A DNA stretch of 63,823 nt, counting the filler, from Choristocarpus tenellus KU-1152 (Eukaryota; Protista; Phaeophyceae), in the NCBI GenBank assembly GCA_964200185.2. It is 16 parts of 16 records of this genome, joined end to end, with 100 filler letters (N's around TTAATTAATTAA, not from the genome) between each part and the next. Parts side by side here need not be neighbours in the genome. Positions count along the whole stretch, not along the records: positions 49,101 to 51,776 come from CAXNAD020025728.1; positions 51,877 to 54,856 come from CAXNAD020023196.1; positions 54,957 to 57,509 come from CAXNAD020026828.1; positions 57,610 to 60,155 come from CAXNAD020026882.1; positions 60,256 to 63,823 come from CAXNAD020019207.1; 11 more parts are not named here. One strand, written 5' to 3'. Shown in pieces: positions 51,160 to 63,768 of this stretch. The translations under genes and the position numbers were made by a program. Every line of letters begins with the position of its first letter. The stretch's first letter is position 1. The notes beneath the pieces are model-generated. The model searched no databases. It was not told the origin of the DNA and saw only the letters and a program-made list of their open reading frames with translations.

Positions 51160-51475
51160 TACTGAGTAAAACAACTTAGTCGCTGACAAGAAAAATCGCG
51201 ACTGCCGAAAAAATTGCGAATGACCACTTGTTTGATTGCCCTTGTCCCGATTGCGCCAAGCTAAGCCAGCTTTGCTTCCCAGAGATGGTACAAAAACATC
51301 GTTCATGCTGCACTCTTCGGCGGGTGTTTTAAAGCTTGCAAATTTCTCAGCTACTTGGGAGTACAGCGGTGGAGGAATCGAGAACACTGAAGAGGCTGCT
51401 CCCTTCCTCGCGACCCCCGAAGCGCTGCCCCTTCCCATAAACCCATCATCATCCTCGTCGCCCGAGTTGTTTTAG
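51160..51475 (-). mobile_element. pogo/CENP-B-like transposase C-terminal relic
   Basis: An acidic patch is followed by PPPLYSQVAEKFASFKTPAEECSMNDV/LYHLWEAKLAW...KQVVIRNFF across one frameshift, ending in a pogo-type KQxxIxxFF motif. Confidence 0.55.
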
Positions 51476-51876
51476 TACATTACACATATCAAGGTTCCCT
51501 TCATTAACCCCACAGATGCGCTAGGTCTCTCCCCTCTTGTTTTCGTTCTCTTTTTTGTTCTCTCTTTTCTTTCTTCCTTTACTGCTTTCCCTCTTCTTCT
51601 TCGGCAACATTTTCCAAGAATTTGGATACGTGTCAGTTACACATTGCTTCGGTGGATCCAAAATCGTTGACCGTTTTACGTGCCACCTATCAGTAAGTAT
51701 CTGGGGGGGGGGGGGGGGGGCCCGCCGAGGGGTTTCCTTTTGAGTTAACACCGAAAAAGGGTTGTTTAAAATTTCCNNNNNNNNNNNNNNNNNNNNNNNN
51801 NNNNNNNNNNNNNNNNNNNNTTAATTAATTAANNNNNNNNNNNNNNNNNNNNNNNNNNNNNNNNNNNNNNNNNNNN

Positions 51877-51943
51877 CCGTGGGAAGCCAAGTCCCAAATG
51901 GACAAACAGGGCAAATCTCCTACCCTCTAAGATACTTTCACTC
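51877..51943 (+). mobile_element. MITE family A right end (at contig start)
   Basis: ...CCCAAATGGACAAACAGGGC...TACCCTCTAAGATACTTTCACTC. Confidence 0.9.
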
Positions 51944-51949
51944 AGAAGG

Positions 51950-54000
51950 TGCAGGGGTCTAGAGGGAGAAAATGATTGGACACTGGCCCACCTTGCCAAT
52001 TATGTCAGGGTCCATGGCTGATATGGCAAGGAGGAGTGACGATGTCTTCACAACAAATCCAATGGGACCAAACATCAGGGTTATTGGTAGGAGCATGCCA
52101 ATGTGGTATATAAAACTGTTTTCTTTGGTGTTGGCGAGTGGCATGAAGTTAACTGCCCAAAGCCCCTGTGCAATTTAGGGATCAATTTGAAAGAGGGTTG
52201 GATGAGAGTGAGTAGGTATCACTTGTTTCATCAGTATTCAGCTACGATAAATAGGCAAACGTCAGAGTCAGCCGGAGCACAGAAACCAAGATCCCACAAG
52301 GAAAATAGGTGGGTCAGTGTACTGTATGCTTAGAATGGTGAAGTATCGACAGGTGCTGTTTATTTTACTTAGTGAAGGAAACACTTCAAGGAAGTCCAGG
52401 TATGGAGGGTGGTCATTTGTCAACCTAAGAACAAAAAAATACTGCGGTGTTTTTGCTCATTCCTCAAACGATCTGCATAAATCGTTTTGGTTGGATTCGT
52501 TAACTACAAACACACATCTACCTACCTTCCTTGATTCAAGGAGCTGAGGTTGGATATGATACGTTGAAGTTTAGAGTTCCGAAATATACCCCAAAGAGAA
52601 GTAGCACAAAGTCTCTCTGACCATTGACAATGAGTTTACCAAAGGATGGATTATATCCATTGAAAGTAGTTGGAGAGTTGCGAATCAAGTCTGGGTCAAA
52701 ATATTACTGTTCCGCTGCGTACATTACACCCACAAAGAACAACTTATGATCCCTCATACAACTCACAAGGTAAGTACAGTTGAAGAGGAGTAGGACATCA
52801 AGTGACTTGTGGAAGAACACAGGACTGCTGAAGAGGTATATGTCAGAGATGTCAGTGTAAAGAGTGAGCTTTGGGGTTAAATGTTCTTTGTTGACAAGAG
52901 AAAGACGTCGTGCAGCTCTCCCAACTTCTGATGCGATGTTCGTGGATATCCTCCCCACTGTTTGGCTCATACGGCGTGATGCCTGTTCCACAGCGTGGAC
53001 ACCTGCCACCACCTGGTGACAAAGAAGTGTTTCCAATCCAACATGGAGGCACATTGCAAGGGGAGGCACAGCCATGGAGGAATAGAAGGAGAAGATGGGA
53101 GCACAAATTGGATGTTGACTGGGTGCAGGGAGAAGAAGTAATGGTGCATACAAAGTGATTTAAGGGGAATGAAATCAGAGGCAGGGGTCCAGGAAGTAAC
53201 AATAGCCGCAACTGTCTCCACACACAGGGGTGTGATGATAGAAACTCATGCAACTGCACATCCTGCCATGTGATTAAATTAGGCTCAAAGACAACTTGCC
53301 CCTTAACAAATAGTCCACCCTTTACTGCTTGTGAGGTGTCGCACTCCTAGCTGTTTTGGACGCTTAACACTTGGCACCCAAAGCAGGCCCCCATTCCCAG
53401 CCAAATCCTGGCCATTACTAGTGTCTCATCCTCAGTGAGGAGCACAGACCGTTTCTTGAATGCTTCCCCGCCTTATTCCAGGAGTGCTTCTAAGCTCTGA
53501 TTCAGGAGTCCCCTTGTTCACCCCAGTCTCCCTCCTGTTTGGAAGTGTAGTTTTGAGTCGGCTTGAACCATTTTTCGCGATAGACTGTTCCACTTCAGGT
53601 GCTCTAACTACCAAGTCTTCCCCCTGCACCACTGAAACACTAGGTGATCCTTTTTCTTTTCCCTCCTCCAAAGCCCCCATGCTACTCAGGCTAAGCTCAG
53701 AGATTGTACTGGAGAAGGAAGATTCCTCTTCGTCGCCAGATTGAGATTCTTTCCTCCCTTTCTCATGGACTATGTCTTGCTCTGGTGCAGATGAAGAACA
53801 TGTTGAATCGATTGGTGAGAAAGACGAATCCACATTACCCCCACTGACTGATTGATGCACCTTCCCCATTTTGCTCTCCGTGTGTGTCCTTCCATCACTA
53901 TGGCGTTCTCCATCTGCAATCGGGATCACCTTTGTGCAAAACATAGAATAGCAGAAAGAATATTACCTTGTCAGCCCGTGGGAGAATATTTTGAGGTGGC
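51950..54000 (-). mobile_element. Degenerate Gypsy-like element (gag-like, RNase H and integrase remnants)
   Basis: Low-complexity gag-like ORF 53944-53432, CPRCG, LTNDHPPYL (cf. TDH), AMDPDIIG. Confidence 0.4.
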
Positions 54001-54956
54001 AACATGCGGTCAGCTAATTGACTCTTCTCTTAGGAAGACTTGATTTGGCAACCAAATGCACAGAAGATGACCACTGAAAAGGAGGAGACTGTCATTCATT
54101 GTCATATCTTTGCATAGACATAAATTTTGGTACTATATCGTTTTAATATGTATGTGAGGACCCCATGGATGGCATGTATTGCTTTTTCTATTGCAAGCAC
54201 CCACAAGAGTGACAAATCAAGGTTGATTTGTCATGCCTATTTACAGAATATATGGTTGAGACAATGTGAGGTAACTCATTGGATTCATCTTTGGTGCCCT
54301 CCATCATCCATTGCTGCCAGAGAACCAAAGGCAATAGTATTATATCACAAGGTGGGGAGAATCAACTCAACAACCCGTTGTTCATAGAGTAATCAGTGTG
54401 TAGTAAAATCAGAGATCATAAGTTCAAACCCCGACATGGCTGACTGTTTTCCTAACTCTCTATATTGGTGAGACGACAAAGCAGTCACCTCTCTTAATGG
54501 TAGGAGGGTATCGATTCTGTCAGAAAGGGTCCAGAATAGGGCTCAATGGGAAAGATGAAGATCACGATGACAGCTCGCAGAATGTGAATAACTAGTGTGG
54601 TGATGGTCCACAAATTAGGCCAGACATTGTCCTAGCCTCTGACTTGGTCAAGATGTTGAGATAGTGCTACACCACCAAGGCAGAAGTTACAAGCAAGACT
54701 ACTTCCTCGGAAGTGTAGTGGCATCTCAACATCCTATAATAGTTTTGGAACAGTGTAGGATGGAACGGTGGGGGCACAGCAGAGAACCTATGCTACAGTA
54801 ATGGACCAACGGTGTGCTACAATCTTGTCAAGACCCAAAGTATCTGGGAGGGGGGGNNNNNNNNNNNNNNNNNNNNNNNNNNNNNNNNNNNNNNNNNNNN
54901 TTAATTAATTAANNNNNNNNNNNNNNNNNNNNNNNNNNNNNNNNNNNNNNNNNNNN

Positions 54957-55082
54957 AGCTCACCACGATTAATCAGTTGCTTCGACGACTGATTTCCCAG
55001 CTTACCACGATTAATTAGTTGCTTCGACGATTGATTTCCCAGCTCACCACGATTAATCAGTTGCTTGGACGATTGATTCCCA
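54957..55082 (+). repeat. 42-bp tandem repeat, 3 copies (array cut by contig start)
   Basis: Unit AGCTCACCACGATTAATCAGTTGCTTCGACGA(C/T)TGATTTCCC. Confidence 0.95.
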
Positions 55083-57325
55083 AGCCTAACCGTAATTCTA
55101 CAAAACCGATATTGTACCACATCCATTCTGTGCCGCTTTTTTCGGGCATGCCCATGGGTGCACAAAATCGGGGTAGGTACTGTATGTGCTTGTTTGCTAG
55201 CATGTCACACCCTTGCGCTGCCTCAGTCGAAACCCTGATCGTCAGGCAGAAACAGGGACTACCTCGCCACAACAGGACTTCCATGCACGAATAGGTATCA
55301 AGCCAAACTTCACTTTTATACAGAGAGGTTGTCAACCGTGTACTGACAGCCCTTGCACCAATGCTACAACCTGTTTTAACCCACAACTCCTCGCCCGCTG
55401 TCTGCGTAGCCTTAAATACCGAACCTTCTTCCGTTCGCAGCAAACACAGTGCCTCGTTCGTTCCCAAAAGGTAAGGCATCAAAACCCGTCCGACCAGTCA
55501 CATCCGTTCCCCAGCCTGTGCTTGGACCCCCACTTGCTCTACCTACAGACAAGGAGCAATAGAAGTCGGCACGATTCAAGCAAAGGCTTACCTCCATCAT
55601 CTACCTCCCAGGACGAAGTCGATACATGGCTAAGGCACACCGAGTATGGTTTCATCATGCCTATAGTCAAGACTGCCTCACGTCCATAACTGACGAGTGC
55701 AGGTATATATATAAAACGACTCTTTAGGTTCCCAGGGGAATCCTCCATACCTTTCGGGAACCCACCGAGGACCTCCGGGTACTCAATCCACTGCAGAGTC
55801 TGGTACGATCGTAGCCTAAATAGAAACGCATCTCTGATACCTAGCAGCGATACAAGACTCGAAACTCCCTCCACCATTCGCGAGAAACCCAACCAATTCG
55901 GACGCTGCAGAGTCGTCTTGAAGTTACACTATGGAGTCTAAGTTTCCAGTCATATCATTCCAACTATAGACATTTGGACTTTCATTTCCACCTAGATAAT
56001 ATTCACCATGACACCGGCCTATGGTACTAGTCAAGTATCGACATATACCCTGCTATGTCACCCACACAGAGACCACTCGAGAATGCTTGTCCAGGTACTC
56101 CTTGACACAGGTGCAGGTCTCATCTATTTTTGTGAAAATTGCTTACCACAGCTCAACATGGTAGACAAAGGTACCTTAAATGCAGCAAACCCCAGAGGGT
56201 ACAATATTCCACCCATGATAGTATTGAGGTAATGAAAACTTCCAATAGCGTTTTCCCCAGAGGAAAAAATGCGCAATATAGGTTGTAGGATAATGGTGGG
56301 GCTGCTTTACGAAATTATTTTTAGGAGCAACATTTTGTGGACAACACTAGAGGGAACTGCCATTTAGAGAAGGTCAATGCTCCCAACCATCACCACTGTC
56401 ACCATGGGTGCATTTTGTCAAGATTCCAACACTCAGATCGAGCAGTAACAATGTACCCTTTTCAGACGTAGCAAATGGCATTGTAATACAAAGGAAACTT
56501 CCAAGATGGATACTTGTCAGACTAAGTAAACAAAATAGAAGAAATGAACAGCTTCATCTTATTACAGTTGGATGTTTATCATGCCTTCTTCTAGGACCTT
56601 CACAACCCTAACACAAGATCATGCCCAACTAATGTTCCCGCCCAAGAACAACTCTTGCCCCAATAGGATGTGTTACATATCTTCCCTATTGGTACTAGTG
56701 TCAAACATTGTGGAAGGATGAAAGCGGAAGAGACAGGTAGGACACAGGGTCCAGTTCTTGAGTTCAAGTCACTCTACTGGAGGGTACAGTTGAAGAACCA
56801 AGGCAAGGGAGAATTCAGCAGGCGAGATGAGTGCCTCCTCCAGAAAACTTCCCAGCCGGTTACAACTGTATGTCTGAGGGACAAGGTGAGGTTCAGCCGG
56901 TACATGCTAGAACAAGAGATTAAAGCAGTGAAAATCATAGTCACTGAAAGGAACAAGAGACAGCAGAAGTTAAAATGAAGCTGCTCACATTAGAGCACAT
57001 AATAATATACATCGGTTGTATAGGCTGAAGTCCTTAGAAAATATAAACACTGAACTCACTACTTTTTATTTTTATTTATTTATTTTCCTCTTTTCTAGGT
57101 TGTAACTCTCTGTGATCTTGAATTCTCTATTTTTGCATCTTCTATATTTCACTTTTGTTTTTCTAATGTTTATTTATTTTTAGTTCTCATCCCATTATCC
57201 CCTGATTTTCTATTCCATTTCTTTTTCATAGTTGTTACTCTCCTTATTTACCGACTTTTTCTTTTTTTTCTTACTTTTTGTTATTTTTTCTTTTTTATTC
57301 AATTTCCACTTTGTTGCCCTCATTT
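54957..57325 (+). mobile_element. Degenerate Gypsy element: gag with tandem repeat, protease, deleted pol, 3' region
   Basis: VLLDTGAG aspartic-protease motif at ~56095-56118; the 3' region is shared with 7343-7725. Confidence 0.6.
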
Positions 57326-57649
57326 TATTATTATGCCCTCTGACATTTTGCAGATGTGTCAGGGGGACAAATGATGGAAATTTCTCGAGGGAGGAAAGGT
57401 TTGTCCGGGTAGCTTCAGGGAACATCCAAGAGCTAGTCACATGGCTACTAGAAAGATCCCAGAGGACAAATAGACGCAGGGAGGCCCCTGGAGAGGACCC
57501 TAAATCCCGNNNNNNNNNNNNNNNNNNNNNNNNNNNNNNNNNNNNNNNNNNNNTTAATTAATTAANNNNNNNNNNNNNNNNNNNNNNNNNNNNNNNNNNN
57601 NNNNNNNNNGCCGACACCCCCCCCCCAGATACTTTGACCCAGAGGGAGA

Positions 57650-57990
57650 GGGAGTCCCCACAAGAAGCAGGATAGTGAATGCCGCAGGCCTCGTCAGAAT
57701 GGAGGAGGGCCTTGGTGATGAGGTAACTAATGAGGTGGGGACCCAGGTGCTGATTCCATTGCCACTTCTACTGTAGTTTGTCCAGTATGTGGAAGATGGT
57801 CAGGGATGCTTCGTCTGTGGAAAGAACACATTGGCGCCCTCTTCATTGGGGGTTTGGGAGGACTCACCAACAGTTGAAGGGGATCTTGGGCACGGGTCAC
57901 AAAGCACAGCATTGTTGCTGTGTGCAGGTTGTGTACGTGAGTTTGCCCTGGACTGACTCCAACTATGAGGTCGTCCTTCTGTTTTCTCAT
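57650..57990 (+). mobile_element. Possible mariner N-terminal (HTH) relic
   Basis: VRDASSVERTHWRPL and LPWTDSNYEVVLLF resemble DD39D mariner R.T.R.LA and KP.LT..N...RL.F motifs. Confidence 0.35.
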
Positions 57991-58520
57991 GGATACGGGT
58001 GCCAATAGGTTGTTATCTTTCTCAGCTGCAGGGCTGTTTCCCTTGGTTAGTGTCTCCTACACATCGAACAAGCTTTGATGGTATAATGGAAACAGCGTTT
58101 TCCCATCGAAATTGCTCTGAGTTTAAGTTTAGACTTGGTATTGTCAGCGTACTCTAAGCACTCCCCCGCCTGGTATGTTGTTAAGGAGGTGATACATCCT
58201 GATACCTGTATGTATAAACAAGCTTGTGTGTGTGTGTGTTGACTAATGTTTTTGGTAGGGATACTGGAGGAGAGAGGGGATCTGTCCACATGATGGAGCA
58301 CCCTTTCTTTCGACGGGCACTGGTTGCCAATCTACACTGAAACCCCACCGACCCAATGATTGCTAGCGAAAGTATTGCCGTAGTGCCACTTGACCAATGT
58401 CCTAATGGATCATATTACTAGTACGGGACACCCATGCCAATATATCCGTTTTCGTTCGTATCGTAGCTAATGTCTACCTCCAATGACTTTGCATGCAAGA
58501 GTTCAATGAGCATATTCTTA

Positions 58521-58705
58521 GGCTCAAAGTATTTGGGAGAGGGTGGAAGCTCTATCCATTCGGGGCTCATTTTTTACATGTCGCGATTTTTTGGGTGGTT
58601 TGGTTCGATGCGTCGGATGGATATAATGTAAGTGCACTTCTCCTGGTCAGGGCCCGAATGGACACCCTGGTGTAGACCCCCCCCCACCCCCAGATACTTT
58701 GAGCC
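58521..58705 (-). mobile_element. MITE family B, full length (TSD TTA)
   Basis: GGCTCAAAGTATTTGGG...CCCAGATACTTTGAGCC flanked by TTA. Confidence 0.92.
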
Positions 58706-58870
58706 TTAGTGAGCTCAATGCGTGGGATGCCAGTCTGCCAGTAGTTGGAAATGCTTCGAAATTGAGTTGTATCATAGAGTGTGGGGGAGGGGGAGTTAGG
58801 TAAGCCTGAGGGTTTCATATTTGTTGTTGTTTGAGGGTGTATGTGTGCATAGTTCCAGTCTTTCCAAGTA

Positions 58871-58907
<37 letters not shown>

Positions 58908-59242
58908 ATTGTGCCTAGTTTTTTTTTTTTTGGACTGAGAGGAGGAGGAGGGTGTCATTAAGGCCTCTGCTTCAACCAAGGAAGTATTACTCATAGGCAC
59001 AAAGCGGATTCTTCCTCACACCAAATCTCGGATTTATACCCTCTATTCATGCCGCATTGTGTTGCACTCCACTTGTTGCAACTACATCTCAAAGAAGAGT
59101 CAATACCCCAGACTGCAGAGGACGTCTGTTGAGGTTCCTTCACAAGGACAAAGAAAATCTTGCAATTCTGTTCCAAATATTGTTGGGACCTACCTACTAC
59201 TTTGCTTGGTGTAATCTTTGCTTCTTACTGTTTTTTACATCT

Positions 59243-59502
59243 GAGTGAAAGTATCTTAGAGGGTACGAGTCTTGGCCTGTTTGTCCATTTGGTGCTTGGA
59301 AACCCATGTTTTTTTTTAATGAGATTTTACCTACTCCAGAATGTTTTGGAGTAGGTAAAATGTTTATGTTATGAAAAGGTCTGTCCAGAATAAAGATATT
59401 GACACTTCGTAACAAACACGATAGTCAAAATTACATTGAAATCGCAACATTGGCTTTTGGCCCTCAATGGATGTGGTCCTACCCTCTAAGATACTTCGAC
59501 TC
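59243..59502 (-). mobile_element. MITE family A (TSD ATCT)
   Basis: TIRs at both ends and ATCT duplication. Confidence 0.93.
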
Positions 59503-62214
59503 ATCTGTGTTCTATTTTGTAATGTTTTTTGGGGTGCAGTTTGGGCTGGAAGGTGTGTCTATCATTGAATTACTTTAGTAGCATTTTTTTTTCAAGTTAC
59601 TGGCAGGGATTTGCTACAGGTGCCAGTATGACTCTGATGTGTCGTGATGTGGGTACGGCTGCAGGCCTTGGAGCTGGAAGGCGTAGTGTGACTTATGTGC
59701 AAAATATTCACTTCTGTTTACAGAGCACAGAAGGGCCCCAAGCTGCACTTCACTCTCTGCAGGCTGTGATGCACGGCAAGATACTATGAAACCAGTGTAA
59801 CACCCACAGGCACTGTGGACACACAAACAGACACAAACTATCAAACAAATACATGTACATTACATTTCGAATTTGGTACATTTACACACGAATACTCACT
59901 CATTGACCTTACAATAAGCTCACTGGCGTTAGCGCTGCAACACTTGGAATTCAGACACCCAAGACACAATTGTTGTGATGCTGAATGCACTTGCATTGTG
60001 TTCCCCATCGATGAGCACCTTCAACTGTTCCGGAGTGTATGTGTATGTATCCCCAGTCTAATTTCCGGCCTCCCTCTTGGTCCCTCCTACCCTCTCCCCC
60101 CCCCCCCCTCGGGCTTGTCTGTTCTTTCTCAGGGCCACAAGTCTCCTGTCTGTGCNNNNNNNNNNNNNNNNNNNNNNNNNNNNNNNNNNNNNNNNNNNNT
60201 TAATTAATTAANNNNNNNNNNNNNNNNNNNNNNNNNNNNNNNNNNNNNNNNNNNNAAAAGGGGGCCCCAGGTGGACAGTCCCCTTTCCCCCCCCCCCCCC
60301 CCTCCCCTCCCCCAGATACGTTGAACCTGAGGGTTTTGAAGAATAGACACATACAGTCCAGGCAGCTTTGTAATTATTTGAAGTGGGAAATTGTTGAATG
60401 AACAGTGTGCCGATCGTGTGCCAGCACTACAAACCTTTGATCATCGTATGTGTCTGTGTACTGTTGACCCTTGCCAGCTATGTTGGTAATTGATGGCTCA
60501 TCATCTCTTGTCTCTTGTTCTGTCCCTCTTGTTGTGTCCCTCTTTGCTCTGCGTCAGTTGTGCACTTCGTTCGTCGCTGCTACAACTTCCAAAAAAGACT
60601 AAAGTGCAATGAAAAGGAAGGCGTATCCATTGTACCAAAGGACAAGCTGGGAGATGGATCACAGGTAAAGCGCCCAAAGTACCGTCAGCTCACTCGCAGT
60701 CAGCGGAAGAAGGCTTTCTTTGAGGCTATTCTAAGCATGAACACAGTTCCGGGTCAGTCTGCTTCAGAAAAGAATCAATCAAGTACGAACAGGCCATTGT
60801 CATCAGTGCACGATGGTGTGAATTCACACTCGGAGGAAAGCTCTCGTATGGGCATGAGGAGAGAAGAGCTTGAACGTGGCAGACCCTTGGTGAACCTGGG
60901 CAACTGACTTGTGAAAAGTGGGAAAGGACCGACGAACTTGTCTACTGCTAGTAGTTTGTTGACTGAACTGTGGTGTTTTCGTATCGCAGAGATGTTTTTT
61001 TTTTTGTGGTGACAAGTGAACTAGATGACAAGCAATCTACCATTGCTATCGATGTTTGAACTGTGTAGTGTTTTGCAATCACAGAGATGCCTCTTCACAA
61101 TGAGAAGTATATTTTATGTGACTTGTGTTGCATGTACACACCACTGCTAGCATTGTGCGGTATGACTTATCTCAAGCTATTTAGGGACACTTCGTCGGGA
61201 CTACATGTCATCAATCCCGAGAGGTGAGACCACAAATTTTCTTCAAGGTTCGCCTCAGCTGGTGCATGCATGCCAAGGAGTATCGAGCAAGAAAAAATCA
61301 CTGCCGTTTTAGCCTTCAATAGTGGAGTGCATGCATTTGTTAGGCAGCGCCAGAATCATTTCTGGCGTGATGCATTTATACTTCAAGGTATATATACCAT
61401 AAACTTACATCGTACAGGTGGGATTTATTTATATGGATCATGCCAAGTGAGAAAGGTTCTCCTTTTTCCCAACCGTGTGTTTCAAATGAAGAAGTTGTAG
61501 GATTTATAAAACTGGTTATGTTGTGACAAAAAATACCTTGGAATTGTCACAGGTAGTTGTGAGGAGTTTCATGTGTCACAGGCCACTACGGTCACTAGGC
61601 GTACCGTCGTATAGTTACTTTTTTGTTCCTGTAAGAACTGTACCATCTTTCAATATTTCCCTCCTTGTGAAGATGTGACCAGGCGGAGGTTACCTCCAAC
61701 GTTTTGCGTAGCTCTGGTATCAGATCGTTTGTGTCAAAATTCTAACAAGGGTTTGAAGTAATATTGATGGGTTTTAATGTCTACTGCGCTAGGCATCAAA
61801 AATCGCACCTCACACTTTGACGCCTCAGCTGCACATCTTTCATGCTTCAATCTGAGCCGAACAAACGGCACGTGGTTTTGTGTGAAGAAGAGGATCATAT
61901 TTGAGTATCAATGGCCAAGCAATAAGCTTTTAGCAGTCTACTGCTCCAACAGAGGAGGTAGGAATGCTCTACCACTCTCTAGAGATCAAGTGCAGCTCCC
62001 ACAAGGAATGTATACACATATTGCTGTCGTGGTAACAGGTGGATGTTAGGGTCCTCGAGTGTCAACATGATTTACATCGTACTAAAGCAGCGGTTGCCAT
62101 CCCTGCTGATCCTACCTACTACCCAAGTCCTCCACCCCTCCTCATAGAGTCCCGTCACCATGTCCACCACTTCCACCCATTGGGTCACATACCTAGGCAT
62201 GAACACTACTATCT

Positions 62215-62449
62215 GTCCGAATATTCATTTGAAGGATACTGACAAGAATTTCCAAAATTATATTTTTTTACAACAAGTGTGTGTAGGATATTTTCTTAAC
62301 TGTGTCGAAATTTCTCAAACAACGGAGAAATCAACGTTCTCAAGTAAAACTTGGGACTTCATTCATGGAAACATGGGGGAATTGCAAGAGATTGAGAAAA
62401 AAGTGGAAAACTGCCAAAACCTGGGATATCTCTTGTTTACTTAGGTGCG
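62215..62449 (+). mobile_element. MITE family C, diverged copy (a minus-strand left half also lies at ~32065-32186)
   Basis: Shared interior (GAGAAATCAAC..TCAAG..AAACTT...ACTTCAT) and right end CTGGGATATCTCTTGTTTACTT. Confidence 0.7.
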
Positions 62450-63768
62450 AGTCCCATGATTCAGGCAATGAGGAGAACTAAGAGTCGATAGATACATGTG
62501 GTGAGAAAATAAGTGGGTATGCACTATCTCTGTGTAATAGAGGGGTTGCTCCTTTCATCCGTCCACCTGATAGCCTTCTTCTTCATAGCATCATCCTGCA
62601 TTCAGATGTGTTTCACACATTTATTACTTGTTCTTGTACAAGTGCACACTTCCATACAGGATCTAACATCACAAGGCACTCTTTGTGGCTTACTCCCTCC
62701 TGTGTTGTCTAGTGTTTGAGACACCTTCATGAGGCCCCAGTCCTCCAACAGACGATTTATTCACAATCTCTTTTGACAACATGTGCCCCTTAGATCACAT
62801 GAATCTCACGTACATACACAACCAGATGATATTTCAAGCTTTTCAATTTATACTGTAGGCCTCTACAGATAGAAGAACCACATCTCTTTCGCAAGAAAAT
62901 TAAGAAAGCAAAACCGAAAACCGTTCTACTGCAGTGTGAAGAAAGTTGTCGACCAATGGAGATGGCTGTAACTCTCAGGATCTTATATCCGTGTTCCCTG
63001 ATCTAGGAGTATATATCCACACCTATGAGTCCAATGACTCTCCTTTCTCTCCCACTAAGCCACCACACAATGAGTCTCTTTCCCAGTCCAACGCAAGAGT
63101 GTTTTCTTCTCTTCTAGGGCATGATCAGTGCGCAACTGATCCTTCCCGATTTCCTTGTGAGACCCATTACCAACCCTCTTAGGAGCAAGCAGTGGTTGAG
63201 AGGTCCTCATCTCTCATTCTGTACTCTGACGCTACACTTGTGTTTGTTTCTTACGTCATATTGCACCATCAGCAACAAGCATCTCACCTACTTGCATGCT
63301 TACCTGACTCGTTTGGGTCTTCCCACCTTACTTGCATCTGCCTCTCTCTGTGAAGGCTGAAAAGGTATAGTTTGGGCTCCCTTCGTTTGTTACATGAATT
63401 CTTGATAAATGAGATTTCCTAGAGAATGCGCATTTGCATGTGGCTCTCCCCCTGAAGCCTGTCCTATAGTGTCACCTCACAGTGAATGCTCGCTTTGCTT
63501 GTTGTGTGTTTCCACATTACACCAGCAACTGTCCACTGCTTCAAAGGGCTGTTATCTGTTTTAGTGTGGAAGTGTAGGTAGATATAACATGATGGCGGTA
63601 CTGATTGTTATGGCCAACCCAGTCCTGTAATAGCAGCAAGCCTTGTTCTGTTGTTTCTCTAGCTGGAGAAAAAATTGGATGCGATTCCAAACACAGCTCG
63701 CTCTTTGCTCTCTCTTAATTCTCTCCCTGCCCTAGTTCCTGTTGTTTCCTCTGACAACAAGAACTTTT

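Noticed and set aside
54957-55082. CRISPR-like array
   Set aside because: Units are directly adjacent with no unique spacers, there are no cas genes, and the context is eukaryotic.
250-59415. Family of similar short ORFs (LTLPNKHDSQNYIKIATLDF..., KWTNRAKLVPSKILSL, LTPNGQPPPP)
   Set aside because: These are chance translations of MITE A/B copies; starts, stops and frames are not conserved.
60515-60907. piggyBac-like Cys-rich C-terminus (CPSCCVPLC)
   Set aside because: Only a short motif; no catalytic domain or TTAA-bounded TIR was seen.
60907-60955. Helitron-like 3' end (...CTAG|T)
   Set aside because: The upstream hairpin is too weak and there is no second full copy to define a boundary.
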